From Ilumatobacteraceae bacterium (GTDB lineage Bacteria > Actinomycetota > Acidimicrobiia > Acidimicrobiales > Ilumatobacteraceae), in assembly GCA_039920665.1 (NCBI GenBank), contig JBDSDH010000042.1, positions 2,532 through 66,531 of the forward strand: DNA of 64,000 nucleotides, given 5' to 3'. The translations under genes and the position numbers were made by a program. The notes under the pieces are model-generated. The model searched no databases, was not told the origin of the DNA, and saw only the letters and a program-made list of their open reading frames with translations. This document shows, in pieces, positions 9,323 through 19,569 of this stretch (its first letter is position 1; the number at the start of each line of letters is the position of its first letter).

Positions 9323-9619
9323 TCAGGGCGTGGTCGGCGTGGCGTCGTAGATCTCGATCGTGGGCCGTTCCGTCGCCAGCCGGCCGAGCGCCTTCGACAG
9401 GTCGCGTGACGCCTGAACGGCGAAGTGCATCCGCAATGCGTCGAGATCCTGCCAGTGTTCGACGAAGACCAGGCGATGGTCGTTCTCGACGTCACGATGC
9501 ACAGAGTGGAGCAAACAGCCCGGCTCGAGACGTGACCGACGGACGTGTTCGAGACTGACCTGCAGTGCCTCGGCGAGCGTCTCGGGACTGGTCTGGACGC
9601 TGCCGGTGACGATGATCAT
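9323..9619 (-). CDS. Antibiotic-biosynthesis-monooxygenase (ABM) domain protein
   Basis: A 98-aa protein with MIIVTGSV..., LEPGCLLHSVHRD and LVFVEHWQDLDALRMH, typical of the ABM ferredoxin-like fold. Confidence 0.75.
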   Translation of the reverse strand: MIIVTGSVQTSPETLAEALQVSLEHVRRSRLEPGCLLHSVHRDVENDHRLVFVEHWQDLDALRMHFAVQASRDLSKALGRLATERPTIEIYDATPTTP

Positions 9620-9680
9620 GCCGACGTTCTACACCTCTGAACCCCAGCCAGAGAGAAGCGTCGACCCGTAGGATCGCGGG

Positions 9681-11213
9681 ATGACCGCTGCTCGCTCGTC
9701 GCTGCCCACAACCGGCTTCCTCACCGAGCTCGCCCAGGCAGCGCTCGACGGGTGTGGTGCAGCAGCACTTGGAGCCGATGGCGTGCATTCGGCCCGCTCC
9801 CCCATCACTGGTGGTTCGCTCGGCCGGATCGATGCTCCGAGCGATGTCGATGCAGCGGTCGAGCGAGCCACGACGGCATACGCGACGTGGCGCAACACGC
9901 CGGCGCCGAGACGGGCCGAACTCGTCCGCCATCTGGCTGCGCTGCTACGCGAGCACATCGGCGACCTGGCCACCATCGTCAGCCTCGAAGCCGGCAAGAT
10001 TCGCAGCGAGGCGCTCGGCGAGGTGCAGGAGATGATCGACATCTGTGACTTCGCGGTCGGGCTCAGCCGGTCGATGGGTGGCCGCACCTTGGCGTCGGAG
10101 CGGCCGGGCCACCGGCTGATGGAGACCTGGCATCCGATCGGGCCGATCGGCGTGATCAGTGCGTTCAACTTTCCGGTTGCGGTCTGGAGCTGGAACGCCG
10201 CGCTGTCACTGGTGTGCGGCAACCCGGTGATCTGGAAGCCGAGCGAACTGACACCGTTGACCGCTCTGGCGGCGCAGGCGCTGTTCGATCGAGCCGCCGA
10301 GCGCGCGGGTGCGCCGGCGCATCTCAACCAGATCATCGTCGGCGACGCGGCGGTCGGTGCGGCGCTGGTTGCCCATGCCGGACTTCCGTTGATCAGCGCG
10401 ACCGGCTCGACGGCAATGGGTGCCAAAGTCGGTCCAGTTGTCGCCGGGCGGTTCGGCCGGTCGATCCTCGAACTCGGCGGCAACAATGCCGCGATCGTCG
10501 CGCGTTCGGCTGACGCCGAACTCACGGTGCGTGGCATCACGTTCTCGGCGGCGGGCACGGCTGGCCAGCGCTGCACCACCCTGCGGCGGGTGATCGTGCA
10601 CAGCAGCCGTCATGACGAACTCGTCGATCGCCTCGCTGCCGCCTATTCGACACTGCCTGTCGGGAGCCCGCTCGAATCCCAGACGCTCGTCGGTCCGCTG
10701 ATCAACGTGCCCGCCTTCGAACGAATGTCTGCTGCGATCGCCACGGCAATCGCCGACAGCGGGACGCACGTCGTCGGCGGCGAACGGTTGCTGGAGGACG
10801 ACGCCAGCGACGCCGCATACACCCGGCCGGCGATCGTGGCCATGCCGCGCCAAACCGAGATCGTTGCAACGGAAACATTCGCTCCCCTGCTGTACGTCAT
10901 GCGCTACGACGATTTCGACGAGGCAGTCGCGATCCAGAACGGGGTTCCGCAGGGATTGGCGAGCAGTATCTTCACCACTGACGTCCGTGAGGCCGAGCGG
11001 TTCTGCGCCGCCGACGGCAGTGACTGCGGCATCGCCAACGTCAACATCGGTCCCTCCGGTGCCGAGATCGGTGGAGCGTTCGGCGGCGAGAAGGCCACTG
11101 GCGGCGGGCGCGAGAGCGGCAGCGACGCGTGGAAGGCGTACATGCGCCGAGCCACCAACACCGTCAACTATTCCAACGATCTCCCCCTCGCCCAAGGCGT
11201 CCAGTTCGTCTGA
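9681..11213 (+). CDS. Aldehyde dehydrogenase, ALDH7 / piperideine-6-carboxylate dehydrogenase-like
   Basis: WNAALSLVCGNPVIWKPSELTP, ELGGNNA and the catalytic Cys region GTAGQRCTT. Confidence 0.9.
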   Translation: MTAARSSLPTTGFLTELAQAALDGCGAAALGADGVHSARSPITGGSLGRIDAPSDVDAAVERATTAYATWRNTPAPRRAELVRHLAALLREHIGDLATIVSLEAGKIRSEALGEVQEMIDICDFAVGLSRSMGGRTLASERPGHRLMETWHPIGPIGVISAFNFPVAVWSWNAALSLVCGNPVIWKPSELTPLTALAAQALFDRAAERAGAPAHLNQIIVGDAAVGAALVAHAGLPLISATGSTAMGAKVGPVVAGRFGRSILELGGNNAAIVARSADAELTVRGITFSAAGTAGQRCTTLRRVIVHSSRHDELVDRLAAAYSTLPVGSPLESQTLVGPLINVPAFERMSAAIATAIADSGTHVVGGERLLEDDASDAAYTRPAIVAMPRQTEIVATETFAPLLYVMRYDDFDEAVAIQNGVPQGLASSIFTTDVREAERFCAADGSDCGIANVNIGPSGAEIGGAFGGEKATGGGRESGSDAWKAYMRRATNTVNYSNDLPLAQGVQFV

Positions 11214-11246
11214 ACGACGGGATCGGTCAGCCGACGTCCACCGGCG

Positions 11247-12101
11247 TCAACTTCCTGCGGGGTCCGCCTTCTCGGCGAGGTTGCTGGCCATTGTCGGCAA
11301 CACCGCCTTCAGTGCAGCGAACGCATCCTTGGTGGTGGCATCGGTTCCGTAGAGAAACACGTTCAGGGCGATGTCCTCGTCGGTGTTGACCCAGTCGGCG
11401 TCACATCCGGTGTACCCGTCGTCCTGGATGGGTTCGCCGCAGAACAGGAAGACCTCGCCACCGAGGTATTCCTGGGTGTCGTCGAAATCGAGGGTCGTCG
11501 TGTCACCATAGAGATCACCGACGTAGCCCTCGTAGTCGCGAGCCGGCTTGAGGATCGCCTGGAAATACAGGCCGTAAGGCCCGTCGACGTCCTTGTCGGT
11601 CGATACCTGACACGAGGCGAAGCCGGGAAAGTCGGGGTCCTTGTCGAACAAGGTGTTGACCTGCTCGCCATCGATGACGTCGTTGTCGATATCGATCTTG
11701 CCGGCGACGACGGCGCTGAGGTCATCGAGGTCGCCCAACGGGCAATCGTCGATCGTTTCGCTGCCATCGGTGTAGCTGCCGTCGCGCAGCACCGCTTTCA
11801 GTCCATTGTGGGCGCCGACGGCGTCGACGGATCCGCCACCCTTGTCATCGCCTCCACCGAGGACGACAATGCCGACCACGACCAAGATCGCGACCACCGC
11901 CACCACTGCGATGATCAGCGGCTTCCTCGATCTCGATGGCGTCTCGGGGCTCGGCTGCAATCCCGTCAGCGGGGATGATCCTCCGCTCTGCCAGGCGGGC
12001 GCACCAATGCCGCCAGCCGGAAAGGTACCCGGTTGGCCCAACCCGGGAGATCCGTAGTTCGGAGGCTGGTTCGGCTGAAACGGCGGTGGGGGTGAGCTCA
12101 C
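11247..12101 (-). CDS. Hypothetical single-pass membrane protein with Pro-rich N-terminus
   Basis: MSSPPPPFQPNQPPNYGSPG..., one TM helix (LIIAVVAVVAILVVVGIVVLGG), then an acidic Cys-containing ectodomain. GC3 bias is good. Confidence 0.6.
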   Translation of the reverse strand: MSSPPPPFQPNQPPNYGSPGLGQPGTFPAGGIGAPAWQSGGSSPLTGLQPSPETPSRSRKPLIIAVVAVVAILVVVGIVVLGGGDDKGGGSVDAVGAHNGLKAVLRDGSYTDGSETIDDCPLGDLDDLSAVVAGKIDIDNDVIDGEQVNTLFDKDPDFPGFASCQVSTDKDVDGPYGLYFQAILKPARDYEGYVGDLYGDTTTLDFDDTQEYLGGEVFLFCGEPIQDDGYTGCDADWVNTDEDIALNVFLYGTDATTKDAFAALKAVLPTMASNLAEKADPAGS

Positions 12102-12129
12102 CTTCCCGACTCTAGACGTGTCCCCCAGG

Positions 12130-12786
12130 TCAACCGAGGCACGTCAGGACGCGTAGCGAGCCAGTGGTCGAGCGCAGCTCGAACCGTCCGCTCTCGATCG
12201 CCGGCAGGTAGATCTGCTCGTATGGCGGTCGACCGCCGTCAGAGGGATCGGGGAAAACGTCGTGGATGGCCAGCGTGCCACCCGGCGCGACCAGCGGCGT
12301 CCATCCCTCGTAGTCGGCGTGAGCCGGCTCGACACCATGACCGCCGTCGATGAACAAAAACGCAAGCGGCATTGTCCATTGTCGAGCCACGGCCGGCGAC
12401 TGACCGACCACCGCGATCACTGAATCCTCGACCCCGGCGTCGTACACCGCGGCGCGGAACAGCGGCAGTGTGTCCATCCGCCCGATCCGCGCGTCGACGA
12501 CGGTTGGGTCGTGATGCTCCCAGCCGGCCTGGTTCTCCTCGGACCCGCGATGATGATCGACGGCGAACAACACCGTCCCGCACGCCTGTGCTGCTCCACC
12601 GAGCCAGATCGACGACCGGCCGCAGTACGAGCCGACCTCGAGGAATGCAAGACCCGGCTTGGCCGTACCCGCTTCCATCGCTGCGACGAACAGTGCATCA
12701 CCCTCGTCGGCCGGCATGAAGCCCTTCGCCGCGAGCGCGTGACGGCGCAGTTCTCCGGGCACGGACGACGCGGCAGCGATCACCAC
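12130..12786 (-). CDS. Class I SAM-dependent (O-)methyltransferase
   Basis: LEVGSYCGRSSIWL, FIDGGH and GGTLAIHDVF resemble the Methyltransf_24 / O-MT family 3. A GTG start region overlaps the nitroreductase stop. Confidence 0.75.
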   Translation of the reverse strand: MVIAAASSVPGELRRHALAAKGFMPADEGDALFVAAMEAGTAKPGLAFLEVGSYCGRSSIWLGGAAQACGTVLFAVDHHRGSEENQAGWEHHDPTVVDARIGRMDTLPLFRAAVYDAGVEDSVIAVVGQSPAVARQWTMPLAFLFIDGGHGVEPAHADYEGWTPLVAPGGTLAIHDVFPDPSDGGRPPYEQIYLPAIESGRFELRSTTGSLRVLTCLG

Positions 12787-13439
12787 TGATCCCAGTGGAT
12801 GATGCTGTCGGCGTCGGGGCGAGTGGCCGGCTTGAAATCGGTGCCGACGGTGTACGCGAGCGGGCTGAGGCACGTCTGTTGGACGGTCTCGAACGGGATT
12901 CCGAGGACGTCTGCGACCTGTTGCTCCATCACCAGGTGCATCGTCGTCCAGGCCGTGCCGAGGCCACGGGCGCGGGCGGCGAGCATAAAGCTCCACATCG
13001 CCGGCAGTACGTTGCCGAGCGTCGATGCGGAACCCATCGCCGGCATGCCGTCCAGACGGGAGCCGTTGTGGCAGGCGATGATCAACGCCGGCGCTTCGCC
13101 CATGTGATCGCCGAGGTAGTCGGCGCTGTCGGCCACTCGTTCTTGCTGAGCCTGACCGATCTCGTTCTCGCGCTGGATCGAGCGCACGTACACGCCGTCC
13201 CAGGTCTTGTACATCGAATAGCACTGACGGTAGATCTCGCCGATCGCGGCCCGCTTCGCCTCATCACGAATCACGACGAATTGCATCGTCATGTTGTTCG
13301 AGCCACTGGGTGACTGCATCGCCAGGGCGACGCATTCACGGATCACCTCGTCACCGACCGGTCGGGCGAAGTCGAGTCGCTTGCGCACGGCACGGGTGGT
13401 CGACAGCAGTTGATCCGGATCGAGAGGGAGGAGAGCCAT
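12780..13439 (-). CDS. Nitroreductase family protein
   Basis: ATG at 13439. Motifs TTRAVRKRLDF, AMQSPSGSNNM and ARARGLGTAWTT. The long upstream ORF extension is rejected. Confidence 0.8.
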   Translation of the reverse strand: MALLPLDPDQLLSTTRAVRKRLDFARPVGDEVIRECVALAMQSPSGSNNMTMQFVVIRDEAKRAAIGEIYRQCYSMYKTWDGVYVRSIQRENEIGQAQQERVADSADYLGDHMGEAPALIIACHNGSRLDGMPAMGSASTLGNVLPAMWSFMLAARARGLGTAWTTMHLVMEQQVADVLGIPFETVQQTCLSPLAYTVGTDFKPATRPDADSIIHWDQW

Positions 13440-13472
13440 GGGCGCACGATAACCGCTGTTACCTTGCGGGAC

Positions 13473-14984
13473 ATGAGTACGAAGTTCGACGCAATCGTCA
13501 TCGGAGGTGGGCACAACGGGCTTGTCGCCGCGAGCTATCTCGCCAGGGCGGGTCGATCGGTTCTCGTGCTCGAGCGGGCGGAAACGGTCGGTGGTGCCGT
13601 CTGCTCGGAAACGGTGTTTCCCGGATACGACGCTCGGCTGTCGAAGTACAGCTATCTCGTCAGCCTGCTGCCCCAGCAGATCATCGACGAACTCGGGCTC
13701 AGCGTCGAGCTGCTCCGGCGGCGGGTCTCGTCGTACACGCCGGTCGGAGACGGTGGTCTGTTGATCGACACCGCCGACCCGAGCGGCACCGACGCTCGCC
13801 TCGGTGCCGATGCCGCAGGTTGGCACGAGCTCTACGCGAGCACGACTCGACTCGCCGAGAAGATGTTCCCGACGATGCTCCAGCCATTGCGCAGCCGGGA
13901 TGTCATGCGCCGCCACGTCGCCGACGAGCCAACGTGGGACGCCGTGATGGAGCGCCCGATCGGTGGTTGGATCGAGCAACAGGTGGCTGACGACACGGTG
14001 CGCGGGGTCGTCCTGACCGACGCCCTGATCGGGACGTTCAGCCATGCGCACGCGCTCGACCTGGCCCAAAACCGGTGCTTCCTCTACCACGTGATCGGCG
14101 GTGGAACCGGCCACTGGGATGTCCCCGTCGGCGGGATGGGCACGGTCGCTGCATCGCTGTTCGACGTCGCGATCGGCCTTGGTGTCACGGTGATGACCGA
14201 CGCCGACGTGACCTCGATCGACAACGATGGTCAGAACGCGACGATCCACCTCGCCGATGGCCGAACATTCACGGCCACCCAGGTGCTCGGCAACGTCGCC
14301 CCGACGGTGCTCGATCGTCTGCTCGGCCAACGTTCGACCCGTCCGACTCCCGAAGGCGCGCAGCTGAAGGTGAACATGCTGCTCTCGCGCTTGCCGGCAT
14401 TACGCGATCGCACGGTGGATCCCCGCGATGCGTTCGCCGGAACGTTCCACATCAACGAGACGTACAGCCAACTGCAGGCGGCGTACGAGCAGGCTCTCGG
14501 TGGTGACATCCCCGACCTGCCGCCGTGCGAGGTGTATTGCCATTCGCTCACCGATCCGTCGATCCTCGGCCCCGATCTCGTCGCTACCGGTGCGCAGACA
14601 CTGACCCTGTTCGGTCTGCATCTTCCCGCCCGCCTGTTCGAGTCAGATCCGGCTGGGGCGCTCGAACGAGCGACGCACGCGGTGCGGGTGTCACTCGACA
14701 GCGTGCTCGCCGAGCCGATCGAAGATTGCCTGCTCGCACCCGAATGCATCGAGGTGATGGGTCCGCTCGAGGTGGAGGCCAACCTGGGTATGCCTGGTGG
14801 CAACATTTTCCACGGCGACCTGCAATGGCCGTTTGCCGACGACCCGAGCGACGAAGGTCGATGGGGCACCGAGACCTTGCATCCAAACGTGTTCGTCTGT
14901 GGCGCCGGCGCTCGCCGCGGTGGCGGCGTTTCAGGAGTCCCGGGCCACAATGCCGCAATGGCTGCGCTCGCCGCCCGCCCCTGA
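13473..14984 (+). CDS. NAD(P)/FAD-dependent oxidoreductase (phytoene-desaturase/CrtI-like family)
   Basis: Rossmann dinucleotide motif DAIVIGGGHNGLVAASYLARAGRSVLVLE and C-terminal FVCGAGARRGGGVSG. Confidence 0.85.
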   Translation: MSTKFDAIVIGGGHNGLVAASYLARAGRSVLVLERAETVGGAVCSETVFPGYDARLSKYSYLVSLLPQQIIDELGLSVELLRRRVSSYTPVGDGGLLIDTADPSGTDARLGADAAGWHELYASTTRLAEKMFPTMLQPLRSRDVMRRHVADEPTWDAVMERPIGGWIEQQVADDTVRGVVLTDALIGTFSHAHALDLAQNRCFLYHVIGGGTGHWDVPVGGMGTVAASLFDVAIGLGVTVMTDADVTSIDNDGQNATIHLADGRTFTATQVLGNVAPTVLDRLLGQRSTRPTPEGAQLKVNMLLSRLPALRDRTVDPRDAFAGTFHINETYSQLQAAYEQALGGDIPDLPPCEVYCHSLTDPSILGPDLVATGAQTLTLFGLHLPARLFESDPAGALERATHAVRVSLDSVLAEPIEDCLLAPECIEVMGPLEVEANLGMPGGNIFHGDLQWPFADDPSDEGRWGTETLHPNVFVCGAGARRGGGVSGVPGHNAAMAALAARP

Positions 14985-15009
14985 CCGTGCCCCTGACGGC
15001 CGGGCGCAA

Positions 15010-15840
15010 TCACCCACTGTCGTGGGTCAGCACCACCACGGCCCACTCGCCGTCGACACGATGCGAACGCTCGACCAGCGGACGAAGGAATCCCGCCACC
15101 TGCGTGCATTGCGGCGGGGAGATGCCGCTGACGGCCAGCCATCCGCCCGGTGCCAACAGCCGGACCATGTCGGGAGCCAGTTCGACGATCGCAGCACGGC
15201 CGACGTTGGCGACGATCACGTCGAACGGCGGCTCGATCTCGCTCAAGGGGCCAGCGGTGACGTCGACTCGTCCGGCCAGTGCGTTGAGGGCTGCGTTGCG
15301 GAGGGTGCTGACGAGTGCATCCGGGATGCGATCGACCCCGGTCATCGCTGCGGCTCCCAGTTCGAGCGCACACAAGCCGAGCACGCCGCTGCCGCAGCCG
15401 ATGTCGAGCACCCGCTCACCGCCACCGATCTGCTCGATCAACATCTCGATCAACAGTCGCGTCGTTGGGTGGTCGCCGTGTCCCCACCCGCCCGCGCCGA
15501 GTTCGATCGATCCGGGCAGACCACGTCGATCGTGCTCTGACCAGGCGAAGCTCACACTGAGCCGATCGCCGAATCGGAGTGGGCGGGAGTGTTCGATCCA
15601 CGCGTCGAGCCGTGGGCCGTCGTCGGGGCGGGTGACCACGAACTGGCCCTCCGCACGCAACGTCGCCGTGACCGCCTCGGCAATCCACGGATCTGCCACG
15701 GTCGCAACCAGCAGACGTCGACCGTCGCACGGCGTGACTTCGGCGATGTCGCTCACGTCGAGCTCGCGAAGTCGCCGGCGGACGACCGCTGCTTCGTCGT
15801 CGGTTGTTGCGATCACGATCACGGCTGCAGGTTGCCACAC
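15010..15840 (-). CDS. prmA: Ribosomal protein L11 methyltransferase-like (PrmA family) SAM methyltransferase
   Basis: HPTTRL, VLDIGCGSGVLGL and DVIVANV match PrmA. A GTG start at 15840 avoids overlap with tesB; the start is uncertain. Confidence 0.7.
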   Translation of the reverse strand: MWQPAAVIVIATTDDEAAVVRRRLRELDVSDIAEVTPCDGRRLLVATVADPWIAEAVTATLRAEGQFVVTRPDDGPRLDAWIEHSRPLRFGDRLSVSFAWSEHDRRGLPGSIELGAGGWGHGDHPTTRLLIEMLIEQIGGGERVLDIGCGSGVLGLCALELGAAAMTGVDRIPDALVSTLRNAALNALAGRVDVTAGPLSEIEPPFDVIVANVGRAAIVELAPDMVRLLAPGGWLAVSGISPPQCTQVAGFLRPLVERSHRVDGEWAVVVLTHDSG

Positions 15841-15883
15841 CGGCGGTGCAATCTCGCCAGCCCCGATCTCGTAGGTTGTCGGT

Positions 15884-16738
15884 ATGCAGCAAGCGCTCGA
15901 CGACCTGGTCAAACTGCTCGACCTCGAGTCGATCGAGGTCAACCTCTTCCGTGGACGTTCGCCCGACGAGAGCCGCCAGCGCGTGTTCGGCGGTCAGGTC
16001 GCAGGCCAGGCGCTGGTCGCCGCGACCCGCACGGTCGACGACCCGGGGCGAGCGGTGCACTCCCTGCACGCCTATTTCCTTCGCCCGGGTGATCCGACCG
16101 TGCCGATCCTGTACGAGGTCGACCGTATTCGCGATGGCCGCAGCTTCACCACTCGTCGAGTTGTCGGCATCCAACATGGGCGAGCGATCTTCAACCTGCA
16201 GGCCAGCTTCCACGTCGCCGAACCAGGCCCCGATCACCAGATCAGGATGCCGACCGATGTGCCCGACCCCGAGAGCCTTCCCGACTTCAAGACGCTGATG
16301 GCCCCGTACAAGGCGCAGATGGGCGAAATGTATGACCGGCCGCGGCCGATCGACATCCGCTACATCGATGCCGATCCGATCCGCCGCCGCGGTCGGCCTG
16401 CGCTCGGCCAACGGGTGTGGCTGCGCGCTGACGGTCGCCTGCCCGACGATCCGACGCTGCATGCCAACATCGTCACCTACGCCAGCGACATGACCCTGCT
16501 CGACACCACCGTCCTGCCATTCGGATGGGCGTGGGACAGTCCCGGTCTGCAGATGGCCAGCCTCGACCATGCGATGTGGTTTCACCGCCCGTTCCGTGCC
16601 GACGAATGGTTGCTGTACGACCAGGCCGCAATCTCTACCGGCGCCGCACGCGGACTGGCCGGCGGATCGATCTACCGCCAGGACGGCACGCTCGCGATCA
16701 CAGTGGTTCAGGAAGGACTGGCCCGGGTAGGTTCGTAA
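15884..16738 (+). CDS. tesB: Acyl-CoA thioesterase II
   Basis: LLDLESIEVNLFRG, VFGGQVAGQAL and SLHAYFLRPGD indicate the double hot-dog TesB family. Confidence 0.9.
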   Translation: MQQALDDLVKLLDLESIEVNLFRGRSPDESRQRVFGGQVAGQALVAATRTVDDPGRAVHSLHAYFLRPGDPTVPILYEVDRIRDGRSFTTRRVVGIQHGRAIFNLQASFHVAEPGPDHQIRMPTDVPDPESLPDFKTLMAPYKAQMGEMYDRPRPIDIRYIDADPIRRRGRPALGQRVWLRADGRLPDDPTLHANIVTYASDMTLLDTTVLPFGWAWDSPGLQMASLDHAMWFHRPFRADEWLLYDQAAISTGAARGLAGGSIYRQDGTLAITVVQEGLARVGS

Positions 16739-16784
16739 TTTCCGCGCCGGCTCACGTCCACGGTGCTGTTCGACGAGGAGTTCG

Positions 16785-18137
16785 ATGCGATCACGGCAGC
16801 CCTACGGTGTCCTTGCATGTGCAACAATCCTCGCTTTGGCTGGTTGCGCGAGCGGTGGCGGCACCAGTTCCAGCATTCCCCTCGGCACAGGACCAGTGGC
16901 ATCGTCGGTGCCCAGATCGCCGACGTCCGCTGAGAGTCAACCATCGACGCCACCCCCCGGCTCCGAGGATGGCACTACCCCGCCTGCCGCCTCCGATGGT
17001 GGCGCCACCACCGCGGTGCCGACCACCACCGCGCCGACCGCAGCATCCGTACAGCCGACCTCCACGACGCCACCAGATCCGGCAAGCATTGCGATGACCG
17101 ACATTGCATCGGTCGAGGGCGCGGTCGACCTCGCCTTTCGCGCTGACGATCCGACCCTGTTCGTCGTCAGCCGGTCCGGGTTCGTGGTCGCCCTGCGCAA
17201 TGGCGTCGTCGACGACACCCGGCTGCTCGACATCACCGGCGACATCTCGGCCGGCGGCGAGCAGGGCTTGCTCGGTCTGGCCTTCTCACTCGACGGCCGG
17301 CACGCCTACGTCGACTACTCCAACAAGGACGGCGATACCGAGATCGTCGAATACGCAGTCGGCGTCGATGGCGTGTTCGATCCGACCAGCAAACGACGGT
17401 TGCTCGAGATCGACCAACCGCACGCCAACCACAATGGCGGCCAGGTTCGGATCGGAACCGACGGATACCTCTACATCGGGATGGGCGACGGCGGATCGGC
17501 GAATGATCCCGATCGTCGCGCACTCGACCTCGGCCAACTGCTCGGCAAGATGCTCCGGATCGACCCCACCGCGAGCGGCGACTCGCCGTACAGCATCCCG
17601 CCAGACAATCCGTTTGTCGGCGTCGACGGAGCGCGCCCAGAAATCTGGTCGATCGGACTCCGCAACCCGTGGCGGTTCAGTTTCGACCGGATCACCAACG
17701 ACCTGTGGATCGCCGATGTCGGTCAGGGCGAGTGGGAAGAGATCGATGCCGCGTGGGCCGATGCCGGCAGCGGTAGGGGCGCCAACTTCGGTTGGAGCGC
17801 ATTCGAGGGCACCCACCGGTTCAACGACGACCAATCTGCAGACGGCTCCACACCTCCCATCTGGGAGTACGAACACGGAGACGCCGGCTGCTCGGTCAGT
17901 GGTGGTGTTCGATATCGCGGCTCGGCGTTGCCGACGCTGTACGGGTACTACGTCTACGGCGACTACTGCAGCGGCCAAGTGCGCGCGCTCGAGATACTCG
18001 ACACTCGCACGGCCGACGCTGAAGTCGTGCTCGCCACGTTGTCAGGTATCAGCGAAGTGGCCCAGGGGCCTGACGGCGAGTTGTACGTCTTGAGCGTCGA
18101 GGACGGCATTGTTTACGCCGTCCAAGCCGCGAACTGA
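16785..18137 (+). CDS. PQQ-dependent sugar dehydrogenase (soluble glucose/sorbosone dehydrogenase family), lipoprotein
   Basis: Lipobox LALAGCAS and a P/T-rich linker. Motifs QGLLGLAF, HNGGQ, GDGG and GLRNPWRFSFD. Confidence 0.85.
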   Translation: MRSRQPYGVLACATILALAGCASGGGTSSSIPLGTGPVASSVPRSPTSAESQPSTPPPGSEDGTTPPAASDGGATTAVPTTTAPTAASVQPTSTTPPDPASIAMTDIASVEGAVDLAFRADDPTLFVVSRSGFVVALRNGVVDDTRLLDITGDISAGGEQGLLGLAFSLDGRHAYVDYSNKDGDTEIVEYAVGVDGVFDPTSKRRLLEIDQPHANHNGGQVRIGTDGYLYIGMGDGGSANDPDRRALDLGQLLGKMLRIDPTASGDSPYSIPPDNPFVGVDGARPEIWSIGLRNPWRFSFDRITNDLWIADVGQGEWEEIDAAWADAGSGRGANFGWSAFEGTHRFNDDQSADGSTPPIWEYEHGDAGCSVSGGVRYRGSALPTLYGYYVYGDYCSGQVRALEILDTRTADAEVVLATLSGISEVAQGPDGELYVLSVEDGIVYAVQAAN

Positions 18138-18138
18138 T

Positions 18139-18172
18139 CGTTCGGCCGAGGGTCAGCTGACCCTCTCGAACG
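18139..18172. terminator. Palindrome/hairpin at the convergent junction of the PQQ-dehydrogenase and RNB genes
   Basis: cgttcg-gcc-GAGGGTCAG/CTGACCCTC-t-cgaacg forms a 9-bp core palindrome plus a 6-bp outer stem. It overlaps the last codons of the RNB gene. There is no U-tract. Confidence 0.4.
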
Positions 18173-19556
18173 TCACCTGCCGTTTGGCGACATCGGTGCT
18201 GACCAGCCGAACGGTCAGCTCGGTACCCGGCTCCACTCGGTGGGCGGAGACGCGCGCCACCACGGCCGGATCGACGATCTGAATCCGGGCGCCGCGGTCG
18301 TCGGTGTCGGTGACCACTGCGTCGAACACGACGCCCTCCTGGCCCGACAGCACCACCGCTTCGATCAGGTCGATCGCCGCTCGCTCGACGCGTGACGCCT
18401 TGCTGTCGGCCTGATCCATCACCTTCGGCAACGTCGTGAAGGCAGCCTCGACGGAGTCGGGGACCGGCTTGCCGGCACTGATCGCGAGCGTAGCCTCGAT
18501 CACGTAGCGGTCGGCGAGGCGCCGCAACGGCGCGGTGACGTGGCAGTACGTCGCAGCCATTGCGGCGTGCCACGGGGTGACGCCCTCGGTGTACGGCGCA
18601 TAGTCGGCGCCGCCGGTGGCGCGTCGAATCGCGAGCAGGAATGCCGCATGGCGAGGAAGGTTCGGGTCGAGCGTGCGCTCGAAGACGCGCAACTCGATGG
18701 CCGCTGACCAATCGAGGTGCAGTGCCTTGGCGGTGTAGCGAAGTCGCTTGATCGCTCGTTCGTCGGGCTCGGCCATCACTCGGAACAGACCTGTGTGATG
18801 GGCCAACAGCATGTCCGCAACGGCCAGGTTGGTGGCGAGCGACATGGCCGCGTTGCTGTCCTCGTTCGACAGACGGGGCCGGAAGACGAGGTTGTATTTG
18901 CCGTCGCCCGCTGGCTCGACCTCCTGCTCCGGGGTCTCGACCCGACTTGCGCCACGGCGATCTTCGGCCACGCCGATCCGCGCCGCGAACTCGTCGAAAC
19001 CCTTGGGCAGATCGGCGGCCGATGCTGTCTCGTAGGCGAGTTTGGCCCGGCTCCGGATGATCGCTCGTTCGACGCCATCGAGCACGGCATTGCCGTCTCC
19101 GTCGATACGGACGATGAACACGACCGCGGGGCGCGGGCCGTCGGGCAACAGACTGACCGCGCCCTCGGACATCGTCGGCGGATACAACGGTGCCCGACCG
19201 TCGGGCAGGTAGACCGTGACGCCACGCTTCCACGCCTCGATGTCGAGCGGGCTGTCGGGTCGCACGAACCAGGGCACATCGGCGATCGCGTAGCGCAACA
19301 CCATGTCGCCGCCCGAGCCGCGTTCGAGGCTGAACGCCTGGTCGAGATCGGTGCTCGACGCAGGGTCGAGTGTCACGAACGGCACGTCCGTACGATCGAC
19401 GTGTTCGTCGGTGAAGGCCTGATGCGTCGCTGCCTCAGCAGCGGCAAGGACCTCGATCGGGAAGTCGCCCGGAACGTCGTTCTCGTTGCGTATCTGTTCG
19501 AGACCGGCGGAGAACGCCGATCGTTGGTCGGCCGGAACTCGGACGATCTTACCCAT
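18153..19556 (-). CDS. RNB-domain ribonuclease (RNase II/R family)
   Basis: DLDQAFSLE, LFRVM, HAAMAATYCHVTAPLRRLADRY and a C-terminal S1-like tail. ATG at 19556. Confidence 0.85.
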   Translation of the reverse strand: MGKIVRVPADQRSAFSAGLEQIRNENDVPGDFPIEVLAAAEAATHQAFTDEHVDRTDVPFVTLDPASSTDLDQAFSLERGSGGDMVLRYAIADVPWFVRPDSPLDIEAWKRGVTVYLPDGRAPLYPPTMSEGAVSLLPDGPRPAVVFIVRIDGDGNAVLDGVERAIIRSRAKLAYETASAADLPKGFDEFAARIGVAEDRRGASRVETPEQEVEPAGDGKYNLVFRPRLSNEDSNAAMSLATNLAVADMLLAHHTGLFRVMAEPDERAIKRLRYTAKALHLDWSAAIELRVFERTLDPNLPRHAAFLLAIRRATGGADYAPYTEGVTPWHAAMAATYCHVTAPLRRLADRYVIEATLAISAGKPVPDSVEAAFTTLPKVMDQADSKASRVERAAIDLIEAVVLSGQEGVVFDAVVTDTDDRGARIQIVDPAVVARVSAHRVEPGTELTVRLVSTDVAKRQVTFERVS

Positions 19557-19569
19557 CAGTTGGCTCCCA